This document shows positions 7,653 to 18,000 of a stretch of 64,000 bases of DNA, one piece after another (position 1 is the first letter of the stretch; each line of letters opens with the position of its first letter). The stretch covers positions 102,201-166,200 of the forward strand of contig DWVI01000004.1 in the NCBI GenBank assembly GCA_019120295.1, given 5' to 3'. The translations under genes were made by a program, and so were the position numbers. The notes beneath the pieces were generated by a model. That model searched no databases and was not told where the DNA came from. It worked only from the letters and a program-made list of their open reading frames with translations. The stretch is from Candidatus Onthoplasma faecipullorum (GTDB lineage: Bacteria > Bacillota > Clostridia > Christensenellales > UBA1242).

Positions 7653-10640
7653 TTAATTTTCGTCGTCACCAAAGATTTGTTTGTATTCGTCCATGGTGAT
7701 TAACACTTGACGTGGTTTTGAGCCTTCTTGCGGACCAATAAAGCCTGCTCGTTCCATTTGGTCCATAATACGGCCCGCTCTATTAAAGCCCACTGAATAA
7801 CGCCTTGAAATCATACTACCACTTGCCTGTTTTGTTTGAATAAACATTCTAAGTGCATCTTTCAATACTGGGTCAAACTCCATATCGCGCTCATTAGTTG
7901 CACCGCCACCAGAGTGACCACCATTTCCTTGATGTGGATTTTTAATTGCGCGACCTGCGTTTTCGTCATAAACAGGGTTATTGTGTTGTTTAATATATTC
8001 AACCACTTTTGCAATCTCAGGGTTAGACACAAACGCACCTTGCACACGCCTTGGTTCAGGTTTATCTTGTGGTTTAAACAACATATCACCTTTACCAAGC
8101 AATTTTTCAGCACCGCCACCGTCAAGCACAGTTTTACTATCCATGTAGTTTGTAAGTGCAAACGCAATACGGCTTGGAAGGTTTGCTTTAACTGTACCTG
8201 TAATAACGTCCACACTAGGGCGTTGAGTTGCAAGCACTAGGTGAATACCAGCAGCACGCGCTTTGGCGGCTAATTTTGCAATTCTATCTTCAATTTCGCG
8301 CTTTGCTTCAAGCATTAAATCTGCAAGTTCGTCCACAACTATAACGATGTAAGGCAATTTGTCTTCTTTTTTAGATTTAACAATATCTGATTTATTAAAT
8401 TCATTTATGTTAACAACGTGATTTTTAGCAAACAATGCATATCTTCGTTCCATTTCCTTAATTGCCCAATCTAGTGCATTAACAGCCATATCCTTATTTG
8501 TTATAACTTCTGGGATAAGAAGATGTGGAAGACCGTTATAGGTTGTGAACTCCACCATTTTAGGATCAACTAGAATTAAGCGGATATCTTGTGGACCTGC
8601 TTTATAGCACATGCTAAGTAACATTGTGTTTAAACATACCGATTTACCACTACCTGTTGAACCAGCAACAAGAAGGTGTGGCATTTTGTCAAGGTTACAG
8701 AAAATAATATCACCATTTATATCTTTACCAAGCACGAATGAAAGTGGGTTTCCACGTTGACGGAATTCGTTGCTATCAATTAGTTCGCGCAAACTTACTG
8801 ACGCAATGTTTTTATTCGGAACTTCCACTCCAACTAAGTTTTTACCAGGGATTGGTGCTTCCACGCGGATAGAACCGTTACTAGCAAGCGTCATAGCGAT
8901 ATCGTTAGACATCTGAGCAATTTTATTAACTGAAATTCCTGGTGGCATAGAGATTTCATATCTAGTTACCGCTGGGCCAACCTGAACATTTTTAACTTTG
9001 GCAGGCACTTTGAAGTCTTCAAGCACTTGTTCAAGTCGGTCAATATTTTCTTGCAATTCGTCGTCTGTTATTTGTGTTGGGTTATCTAAATAATTTAACA
9101 AATCAACAGGTGGAGCAACATAAGGCGGAATGTTTAATTTTTGTGGAGTTGTTGGGGCAGGTTTTTCTTCCACTAAACTGTGTTGATTTTGATTTGGAAG
9201 GTGGAATTTTGATATATCCACACTAGGACGAACCACTTCCGTTTCAACAGTTGAACCAAGTTTAACGCTGTTTGAATAATCGTCCAAATATTCGGTTTTG
9301 TTTAGATTTGGAGTTATTTCAACGCTATTAAGTGATGTGGTGTTATCTGAATTTGATAAGTCTTGTAACTCTTCTTCCTGCTCGTTAGGTTGGTCGACTT
9401 CTTCTTCGTCGACATCTACTGCGTTATTTTCAAAATCATCAGTTGTTTCATCTTCGCTAGAAACATTATCTTCTTCATAAATATCTTCAAAATTATTTTT
9501 ATCTTCATCGTGAGAATTATTTTCAGCATTATCACTTGCGCTTGAAATTTCACTATAATCTTCAGCGTTATCAACAAATAAATTGTCGTCTGAATTAAGG
9601 TCTTCACTATATAATGAGGTTTGCTCAACTGTTGGAATATTCGGTTTAACTTCTTGTTGGGTTGGGGTGGCGGGTAATTCATTTTGAACAAAAGGTGTGG
9701 CAGGTTTAATTTCTTCCGCGTTCTCTGCTTTTATGTCTTCATCAAAATTGGTTTTTTGAGGACGTTTTGGTTTTGAATAACCTGTTGTGTCGTCCTGAAA
9801 TATGCTTTCTTTGCTTGCGGTAGGAATAACTGGGTCAAGTGGGGTTAAAATATAATCACGTTTACTAATTGGCCTGCTCTCTGGTGCGCGACTACCTAAA
9901 TTTAGATTGGGCATATTGCTTGAAATTATTGTTGTTTCACCCTTTGTTAAACCAAGGCGCTGTTTTGCAATTGTTTTTTGTTGTTCTTCTTTACTTATTG
10001 GTTTAGTTGGCTCTTCGTTTATTTCAAAATCTTCAATATTTTTAAAGTCAAATTTCATTTTAACTTCTTTTTTTTCGCCAGACTTGTCCAGATACATATA
10101 ATCAATAATAAGACCCACAAATATAGCAAGTGCGATTGCCGAAAAGATGTATGCGCCAACAATAGTTAAAAGTTTGACAACTGGGTAAGATATTAAACTA
10201 AACAGTAACCCACCAGCAGTGGTTTTTGCGTGGTAAGTGTCAACTAAAAATTGACCATAAGAATTGAGTGGAATGCGTGACGTTAAAATTAAATGGAAAA
10301 TAAACCATACAATAAATAAGCTTATAGATAAGTAAACGACGTATTTCTTTTTAATTGTATACGTTTTGCCACGGAAGAACATTAGTGAAAAGAAAAAGCC
10401 AATGAGTGTGATTGGATAGACGCTAAGACCCATCACACCTAAAATCACGTTGCGCATAAAGTTAGGGAACAAGCATAAAACAAATATAACCGCGCAAACT
10501 ATTAAAAACACAAGTGAAGGTTTAACTCTGCTTTTTACTTTAGCTTTTTTTTCCTTCGCAGGCTTTACTTTTTCGACTTTAACTTTTTCTTTTTTTTCTG
10601 GTTTTTTATTGCTATTAAAAGATGATTTATAAATAGACAT
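7653..10640 (-). CDS. ftsK: DNA translocase FtsK/SpoIIIE
   Basis: 995 aa. N-terminal TM segments are followed by a long acidic low-complexity linker. The C-terminal motor has Walker A GSTGSGKS and the VIVVDELADLM and ATQRPSVDVITG motifs, plus a gamma-like winged helix. Confidence 0.92.
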   Translation of the reverse strand: MSIYKSSFNSNKKPEKKEKVKVEKVKPAKEKKAKVKSRVKPSLVFLIVCAVIFVLCLFPNFMRNVILGVMGLSVYPITLIGFFFSLMFFRGKTYTIKKKYVVYLSISLFIVWFIFHLILTSRIPLNSYGQFLVDTYHAKTTAGGLLFSLISYPVVKLLTIVGAYIFSAIALAIFVGLIIDYMYLDKSGEKKEVKMKFDFKNIEDFEINEEPTKPISKEEQQKTIAKQRLGLTKGETTIISSNMPNLNLGSRAPESRPISKRDYILTPLDPVIPTASKESIFQDDTTGYSKPKRPQKTNFDEDIKAENAEEIKPATPFVQNELPATPTQQEVKPNIPTVEQTSLYSEDLNSDDNLFVDNAEDYSEISSASDNAENNSHDEDKNNFEDIYEEDNVSSEDETTDDFENNAVDVDEEEVDQPNEQEEELQDLSNSDNTTSLNSVEITPNLNKTEYLDDYSNSVKLGSTVETEVVRPSVDISKFHLPNQNQHSLVEEKPAPTTPQKLNIPPYVAPPVDLLNYLDNPTQITDDELQENIDRLEQVLEDFKVPAKVKNVQVGPAVTRYEISMPPGISVNKIAQMSNDIAMTLASNGSIRVEAPIPGKNLVGVEVPNKNIASVSLRELIDSNEFRQRGNPLSFVLGKDINGDIIFCNLDKMPHLLVAGSTGSGKSVCLNTMLLSMCYKAGPQDIRLILVDPKMVEFTTYNGLPHLLIPEVITNKDMAVNALDWAIKEMERRYALFAKNHVVNINEFNKSDIVKSKKEDKLPYIVIVVDELADLMLEAKREIEDRIAKLAAKARAAGIHLVLATQRPSVDVITGTVKANLPSRIAFALTNYMDSKTVLDGGGAEKLLGKGDMLFKPQDKPEPRRVQGAFVSNPEIAKVVEYIKQHNNPVYDENAGRAIKNPHQGNGGHSGGGATNERDMEFDPVLKDALRMFIQTKQASGSMISRRYSVGFNRAGRIMDQMERAGFIGPQEGSKPRQVLITMDEYKQIFGDDEN

Positions 10641-10892
10641 ATCATTTACCTTAATAAAAGTATATAAAAAATTTATAAAAAATTCAAATGATTTTTTAAA
10701 AATTTGAATTATACATAAAAAATAATCAATAAAAAAATATCGAAAAATATTAAAAAATGCTGAAAAATGCTATTTAAAAGGCAAAAATCAATAAAATACA
10801 AAGAAAATTCCTTTATAAATTGGTTAAATCGTTTGAAAATTAAATTTTAATATGTTACTCTTTTATTAAGATGATAATTTAGGGGTATAAAT

Positions 10893-11693
10893 ATGAACGA
10901 GAATAGTTTAGTTCATGTTATTGAGAATAATTCGAGCAAAACAACATTAACAGCACGTTTTGTTTCTGTTTTGGAGCGTTATGTTGGTGCTGATTATTAC
11001 CAATATTTGTATTTGGCGTTTTCTTCTCTTGAAGAACTTAAAAATAAAAATTTACTGCTCAGGCAAAAAATCAATGAAAACAATTTGCTTTTAGAAAATT
11101 ATGAGAATGGTGTGGAAAACTCACGCAAGAAAATTGGCGATATTAAAAAAACATATCTTAAAGAAATTGAAAGTTTGATAAATATAAAATATGACGAAAA
11201 TTTAAAGCAAAAAGTTGAACAGATAAAAGCAAAAATTGATGTGGCGTTAAACGATTTGCTTGATGCAAACAACGCTTTAAAACCAAGCGAAGAATTAGAA
11301 GCGGAGATTGCAAACATAAAATCTGAGATTAAAGAGATTTACCAGGATATAAATTTTGCTTACGATGGGCTTCGTTCGCTTGGAAGGCTTAAAATTTATG
11401 AAAGTCAAACCAAACAAGAGTGTAGAGCTGATTTTTTCAATTCAATAAATGAAGATAATGCGGAAATAAAATATAATTTAGTTTTTGAAAAACTTTATAA
11501 CCTTGCCGTAAACGAAGCAAATGGTTTAAATAAAATTGCGAATATGGCAAAACAAATCACTTTAAAATACACAACAGGTCTGGAAGAATTTGACAAGGAA
11601 GATATTAAAAAAATTGAACTTGCAATAAATGAATATGATAATAATTTTAGTAAACTTTCAACTGTAACCGACCAAGAACTAATGAATAATTAA
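10893..11693 (+). CDS. Hypothetical coiled-coil protein
   Basis: 266 aa, K/E/N-rich with heptad-like character. No family recognised. Confidence 0.5.
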   Translation: MNENSLVHVIENNSSKTTLTARFVSVLERYVGADYYQYLYLAFSSLEELKNKNLLLRQKINENNLLLENYENGVENSRKKIGDIKKTYLKEIESLINIKYDENLKQKVEQIKAKIDVALNDLLDANNALKPSEELEAEIANIKSEIKEIYQDINFAYDGLRSLGRLKIYESQTKQECRADFFNSINEDNAEIKYNLVFEKLYNLAVNEANGLNKIANMAKQITLKYTTGLEEFDKEDIKKIELAINEYDNNFSKLSTVTDQELMNN

Positions 11694-11754
11694 TGTTGCA
11701 ACATGTTTTAAACACGGCTGATTGCTCAAAATTTTTCAACTAAATATATAAATT

Positions 11755-11793
11755 AACGAAAATCTTGCGCGTTTTCGTTTCCTTTTTCTTTTC
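11755..11793 (+). terminator. Terminator after the 10893-11693 ORF
   Basis: AACGAAAA / TTTTCGTT stem followed by a T-rich tract. Confidence 0.5.
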
Positions 11794-11878
11794 AATGTGT
11801 TATAATTATGTGGTTATTTATAATAATTAATTTATTCATATTAACTCAATTTGGTAATTTATAGTTTAAGGAGAAACA

Positions 11879-13960
11879 ATGCAAGAGAAGATTTACAAAA
11901 CAAAAATTGGTGAAAGAGATGTAAGTGTTGAAATTGGTAAGTACTGTATGCAAGCAAGCGGACATTGTATTGTCCGTTGTGGTGAAACTGTTGTGATGGT
12001 CAACACTGTTATGTCTAAGGCTCCACGTCCAGGTATGGATTTCTTTCCATTAAGCGTGGATTATGAAGAAAAGATGTATAGCGTGGGTAAAATCCCAGGC
12101 GGTTGGAAAAGGCGCGAAGGTCGCCCAGCAGACTCTGCAATTTTAAAATCAAGATTGATTGATAGACCACTTCGCCCACTTTTCCCAAAAGGTTTTTATA
12201 ATGATGTAACAATAGTTGCAACACCTTTATCAGTGGAACAAGATGTTAGCCCAGAACCACTTGCTATGCTTGGTTCTTCAATAGCACTTTCTATTAGTGA
12301 AATACCATTCGAAGGCCCAACTGGAACGGTTAAAGTTGGCATGGTTGACGGCAAATTCATTATTAACCCAACCGAAGCAGAGAGCGAAAAAAGTGTTATG
12401 GACGTAACTGTTTCAGGCACGAAAGATGCAGTTATGATGGTTGAAGCGGGAGCAAAAGAAGTTAGCGAAAAAGAGATGTTGGACGCTATAATGTTTGCTC
12501 ACGAAGAGATTAAAAAACAAGTTGCTTTCCAAGAAGAAATTGTTAAAGATTTAGGTGTTGAAAAAGCACACATTGATTTTGAAACAATTCCAGAAGAAAT
12601 TGATAAAGCGGTTAGAGAGTATGCAAATGATAAAATGGATAAACTTCTTGAAATCTATGATAGGCATGTTAGAAACGACCTAGAAGACCAATTAGACCAA
12701 GAAGTGAACGAGCATTTTACAGAAATTTATCCAGACGAATTAAAATTTGTTAGCCTTGTGCTATACAATATGAAAAAAGAAAAAGTTCGCCATAAAATTT
12801 TGTTTGAAGGCATTCGCCCAGACGGAAGAAAAACAAACGAAATTCGCCCTATTTGGTGTGAAGTCGGTCTTCTTCCAAGAGTGCATGGTTCAGGCGTGTT
12901 CACACGTGGTGAAACGCAAGTTTTGTCTACTTGCACACTTGGTATGCTTTCAGACGCGCAAGAATTGGAAGGTCTAGACGGAGAAGAAGAAAAGCGTTAT
13001 ATGCACCAATACAATATGCCGGGTTACACAACAGGCGAAGCAAAACCTTTGCGTTCAGCAGGAAGGCGTGAAATTGGTCATGGAGCCCTTGCAGAACGTG
13101 CACTAGAACCAGTTATTCCAAGCGAACAAGAATTCCCTTATGCTATCCGTGTGGTTAGTGACGTATTGAGTTCAAACGGTTCAACTTCAATGGCTTCAAC
13201 CTGCGGTAGCACATTGGCTTTAATGGACGCAGGCGTTCCAATCAGTTCACCAGTTGCAGGCGTTGCAATGGGGCTAATGAAAGATAAAGAAACAGGCAAA
13301 GTTGCAGTTTTAACAGACATTCAAGGGCTTGAAGACTTCTTCGGTGATATGGACTTTAAAGTAACAGGCACTGAAAAGGGAATAACCGCAATTCAAATGG
13401 ATATAAAAATTCACGGAATTGATAGAGAAATTTTAGAAACAGCGCTAGAACAAGCGCGCCTTGGTAGGCTTGAAATTTTAAAGAAAATGCTTGAAGTAAT
13501 TCCTGCACCAAGAAAAGAACTTTCAAAATACGCACCAAAGATTGTAACCTTTAAAATTGACCCAGACAAAATTCGTGAAGTTATTGGTAGTGGCGGTAAG
13601 GTTATCAACCAAATTATTGACGCAACAGGCGTTAAAATTGACATTGAAGATAATGGCGACGTGTTTGTCTCTTCAACAGATAGTGAAATGATTGAAAAAG
13701 CTCGCAAAATGATTGAAACAATTGCAACCGACTTTGAACTTAATTGTGAATACACAGGCACAGTTGTTCGCACCACTCAGTTCGGTGCATTTGTTGAAGT
13801 TGCACCAGGCAAGGAAGGAATGATACACATCAGTAAACTAAGCAAAGAGCGCGTTGAAAAAGTTGAAGATGTTGTTAATGTTGGCGACAAGGTGCTTGTT
13901 AAAACAATAAAAATTGACGAGCGCGGTCGCGTTGATATGAAATTAATTCAAAAATTATAA
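11879..13960 (+). CDS. pnp: Polyribonucleotide nucleotidyltransferase (PNPase)
   Basis: 693 aa with two RNase PH-like domains, a KH domain (GSGGKVINQI) and a C-terminal S1 domain (GTVVRTTQFGAFVEV). AAGGAG RBS. Confidence 0.95.
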   Translation: MQEKIYKTKIGERDVSVEIGKYCMQASGHCIVRCGETVVMVNTVMSKAPRPGMDFFPLSVDYEEKMYSVGKIPGGWKRREGRPADSAILKSRLIDRPLRPLFPKGFYNDVTIVATPLSVEQDVSPEPLAMLGSSIALSISEIPFEGPTGTVKVGMVDGKFIINPTEAESEKSVMDVTVSGTKDAVMMVEAGAKEVSEKEMLDAIMFAHEEIKKQVAFQEEIVKDLGVEKAHIDFETIPEEIDKAVREYANDKMDKLLEIYDRHVRNDLEDQLDQEVNEHFTEIYPDELKFVSLVLYNMKKEKVRHKILFEGIRPDGRKTNEIRPIWCEVGLLPRVHGSGVFTRGETQVLSTCTLGMLSDAQELEGLDGEEEKRYMHQYNMPGYTTGEAKPLRSAGRREIGHGALAERALEPVIPSEQEFPYAIRVVSDVLSSNGSTSMASTCGSTLALMDAGVPISSPVAGVAMGLMKDKETGKVAVLTDIQGLEDFFGDMDFKVTGTEKGITAIQMDIKIHGIDREILETALEQARLGRLEILKKMLEVIPAPRKELSKYAPKIVTFKIDPDKIREVIGSGGKVINQIIDATGVKIDIEDNGDVFVSSTDSEMIEKARKMIETIATDFELNCEYTGTVVRTTQFGAFVEVAPGKEGMIHISKLSKERVEKVEDVVNVGDKVLVKTIKIDERGRVDMKLIQKL

Positions 13961-13961
13961 A

Positions 13962-13986
13962 AATCAGCACATGCTGATTTTTTTGT
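13962..13986 (+). terminator. pnp terminator
   Basis: ATCAGC-acat-GCTGAT followed by TTTTTTT. Confidence 0.7.
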
Positions 13987-14176
13987 ATTTTTGTTGTTGG
14001 TTACAATATTTTTAACAAATTTATTTGTTTTCAAATTATAAAAAATATATTGAATTTTCACTATTTTTTAGTATTTTTGCAAATATTAGAAATTTTATTT
14101 TAATAATTATGAAATAATTATTTAAAAAAGTCGTAATTTATTTGGAAATTTTTATATTTTTGGTTAAAATATATGT

Positions 14177-15076
14177 ATGGAGAATTTTGATGTTGTGATT
14201 ATAGGGGCGGGTCCAGCAGGTTTAACTGCAGGAATTTTTACAACGCGAGCAGGCTTAAAAACTCTATGTTTAGAAAAGTTGGCTGTTGGTGGTCAAGCAT
14301 CACTATCATATAGCATTGAGAATTTCCCAGCATATAACTCTATTTCAGGTTTTGATTTAGCAAGCAAAATACTAGAGCAGGCAAAACTTAGTGGTATGGA
14401 GTTAAGAGAAGAAAATGTTTTAAGTTTAACAAAAAAGCGTGGTGTGTTTATTATTGAAACAAAGTCAAACACGTACCAATCTAAAAAAGTGATTTTAGCA
14501 TGTGGCAACAAGGCTAGAAAACTTGGGCTAGAAAACGAAGAGCAACTTATTGGTCGCGGTATAAGTTATTGCGCGAGTTGTGATGGTGGCTTTTTCAAAG
14601 GGAAAGAAGTTGCCGTTGTTGGTGGCGGAGATACAGCAGTTGACGATGTTGAGTATTTAACACGCGTTGCAAGCAAAATTTATTTAATCAACAGAAGCGA
14701 AAGATTTAAAGCAGGAAAAAGAAAAATTGAAGAGATAAGTAAATTAAAAAATGTTAAAGTTTTAACCAATGCAAAAGTTACAAAATTAATCGGAAATGAT
14801 AAATTAGAAGCAATAAATGTTGATGTCGCAGGGAAAAATAAAAAATTAAAAATTGAAGGGCTATTTGTTGCTATAGGTCATATTCCTGATTTATCATTTT
14901 TAAAAATTGATATTAAGTTAGATAACGCTGGCTACATAGTTGTGAATGAAGATATGCAGTCAAGCGAGAAAAATCTATTTGCAGCAGGCGACATTGTAAG
15001 TAAAAAGTTTAAACAAGTTATAACCGCATGTAGTGATGGAGCGATTGCTGGCAATTCTTGCATAGGAGAAAAATGA
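14177..15076 (+). CDS. trxB: Thioredoxin-disulfide reductase family flavoprotein
   Basis: Contains GAGPAG (FAD binding), the redox-active CASC and a second GGGDTA dinucleotide motif. The usual HRRxxxR NADPH patch reads NRSERFK. Confidence 0.8.
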   Translation: MENFDVVIIGAGPAGLTAGIFTTRAGLKTLCLEKLAVGGQASLSYSIENFPAYNSISGFDLASKILEQAKLSGMELREENVLSLTKKRGVFIIETKSNTYQSKKVILACGNKARKLGLENEEQLIGRGISYCASCDGGFFKGKEVAVVGGGDTAVDDVEYLTRVASKIYLINRSERFKAGKRKIEEISKLKNVKVLTNAKVTKLIGNDKLEAINVDVAGKNKKLKIEGLFVAIGHIPDLSFLKIDIKLDNAGYIVVNEDMQSSEKNLFAAGDIVSKKFKQVITACSDGAIAGNSCIGEK

Positions 15077-18000
15077 GAAAAAGAATTAGTTGTATCTTCA
15101 CATTTGTTTTAGTGATATGTTCACTAATCTTTGTTGCGCCACTTGGTGGAACATATGCTTACGAACCAACCGACATTGTGGATAGTAAATATTTAATAAC
15201 CACAGATATTGGAGATAATCAAGTCTATTTATCAAACGAAGTTGCAGGAAAAACTTCTGGTTATGGTAGATTTGTTATTGATGCGCAAAACGTAACCTTA
15301 TCAACCACCGCCGAGCAAGGTTATAGCGTTGCAGGCTGGAATATTACATATGTGGACGAAGATAGGTCTGAATTTGTTAACGCAAATGATGCAGTGCTTG
15401 GCGAAAATAATGTATACACTCAAACAGTTGATATAGATAGCAATTATAACGTCAATATCACAATCAATTATTTCGACGAATATAGTAACGGAGTTTTTAA
15501 CTATTCAACATTCACAATATCACGTGTGTTCGGCGATTTACAGGTTGAGCCTGTGTTTAAATATAATTATTACAAAGTTCAAGTGGACGACGCGCTAACT
15601 ATTGGAAACATCACCGAATTAGATAATATAAATTTATCTGCTAGCGAAACATTGTATTATGAAAATTCAAGCGTGGCAGACGGCGTCACATATTACACTA
15701 ATTCATATATTTATTCAGACGAAGGCTTATTTTACTTTGGCGATTTGTATAGTGAAAACCAAATCATTACAAGTGGAGACATAAGTGAAAGTTTAACTAG
15801 ATATTACACATTGCATTACAGTTCTTCACTTGTAGGTTCAAGTGAAAAAGTAGATTACTCACTTGGCGCATATAGAATTGGCGAAAATGTAAATTATAAT
15901 CTAAATATTGCATTATCTAGCGCGATTGAAGATAGTGTAAACATTGAAATAACTGCAACAAATTTAATAACGAGTGAAGGTACAACAGCGCTTCCTAACA
16001 CAGGGGAGTCAAACTATTATTCAGTTGAAAGTGATAGTTTTTTAAGAAGTTCTTCATATTATGTAAATTTTGTGGTTACACATTCGTCCAATCTAATAAA
16101 TACAGTTGATATAGTTTACAACAATTTGTATTTAGTTACATTAGTTGCAAGGATAGACGGCGAAGTTGTAACAGATGTGCAAGAAACAGACGTTTTAAAT
16201 GTAGTTTCTGTGTTATATCAATATTCACAGATAAATAATAAACAATATTTTGCAAAATCACAGGAAAATAATGACGGTTTTGCGTTCCGTGTTTCAACAA
16301 TAGATGTAATTTCTAAAATGATTGACGGCAGAGTTTACAACTATTATGAGTTTGATAGTTTAGACGGAGATAATCAACTTTATAAAACATATCCGACGAT
16401 TAACAACAATTTTGAAATTACAATAGATTATGTTTCAATAGATTACACAGTAGATTTTGCTTTTGCGGTTAACCACAATGGCACACTAAATGTATTAGAA
16501 GGAAATTATAATCTTGAAAGTCCGATTACGGCAAACCGTGGAGACGAATTGCAAATCAATAAAACCGACATTTCAAACAATATTGGTTACGATTTTTATG
16601 GCTTCACCTTAACTACCACGTCCTTCCAAGAGAACGATTCAATTACCATAGAAATTGATGAAGAAAGACCAGAAAATGTAACAGTTATAATGGTTTATGA
16701 GTTGATAGATTATACGATAAATATTCGTAATTTTGACCAAATAACTTTAATAAATGGTGAGCAAACGATTTATCCTATAACAAGGATAGATTACACTCAC
16801 ACAAGGGAATCGTCAAGCAATACATATTCAATATATGACCAAGATTTAAGGTCGGCGGAAAATAATAGCATTAGCCTTTCAGTAACGGCAAATTTAAATG
16901 ATAGTATATCGCTAAGTACTTATGTTAATAATGGTTTCAGCATTCTAGGTTATAGATTGAGTGAGTTAGATAATCTTAGTTCAGGTAGTACGTTCAGTTT
17001 AAACATTTCACAAGATATAATCAGTCAGTTTGCGGACGGAACGAATATAAATATTTACATATATGAAGATTTCGTTAGATATACAAGCACCTTCTATATA
17101 GACCCAAGCCTAGACACAAACACAAATCAAATGGTTGTCATGGCAGATATTGACGTTACCGCGCCAGAATATGCCGTGGTTAATAAGAGTTTTGTTGTGG
17201 AAACAGGAGATGTTGATTATTCAGTAAGACACACAATCGTTGTAAGCAACTTAAAATTATACGATCAAGTTAGTATGAATTCGGTTGGTAGAGAAATATC
17301 AAACGACCAAGGCGAAAGTTACCGCTACATATTTGTTAGATTTACTGAAAATGGTCTTGTAAATTTAGATTACACACTAAATGAAGACACAAACACCTAT
17401 ACACACACTTCTCAAATAATTCGAGATAACAGCATTAGCGTTGTTTACTCAATGGAAAGTTCTAAGTTGTATGTTTCAACAAACAGAGCGGACGCTTATG
17501 ATTTATCATTAGTTACATTTATGCGTAACGGCGAAGTGGTTGAGAAAAATGAAGACGGCACTATCGACGCAGAAGAAGGGGAACTCACTGTTGTGTTAAA
17601 CCCTATGAGCGAAGATAGAACGTTTGCATTTGGTTATAGTTTTGTTGGTTACACTTTCATAAAGGGCGGAGTTAGTGAAACTGTTCAAAGTTTAAACACA
17701 ACTTTCGTGCTTCAAACGATTGGTAGTAGTGTTCAATATCTAGAATTGAATTTTATTGAACTAGAATATCGTTTGCAAGTTAGCCAATATGGCGGTGATT
17801 ATGACGGTGAATTGGTGGAATTTGAAGAAAATCAAACTTACACATCTCTTGATATTACCGATTTAACATTAGAGTTTGAAAAACCAACGGGTTACTATGT
17901 AAGTGCAACATATTTTGTTAGCAATGTGGAAAATCTTTATCCTGAAATTGTTGAGTCTAATAGCAACGTAACATATACATTCAGTTATACATTTAACCTA

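Noticed and set aside
7836-8240. Overlapping ORFs inside ftsK (7836-8240 plus, 7862-8233 minus), and similar antisense or alternate-frame ORFs inside pnp, prfB, glnS, the ATPase gene and the ABC genes
   Set aside because: They are embedded in strongly supported conserved genes, have no RBS and show atypical composition.
15058-15072. Track start codon for the giant ORF (MHRRK...)
   Set aside because: An AGGAG RBS and the ATGA stop/start overlap favour the ATG at 15073, which also gives a canonical signal peptide.
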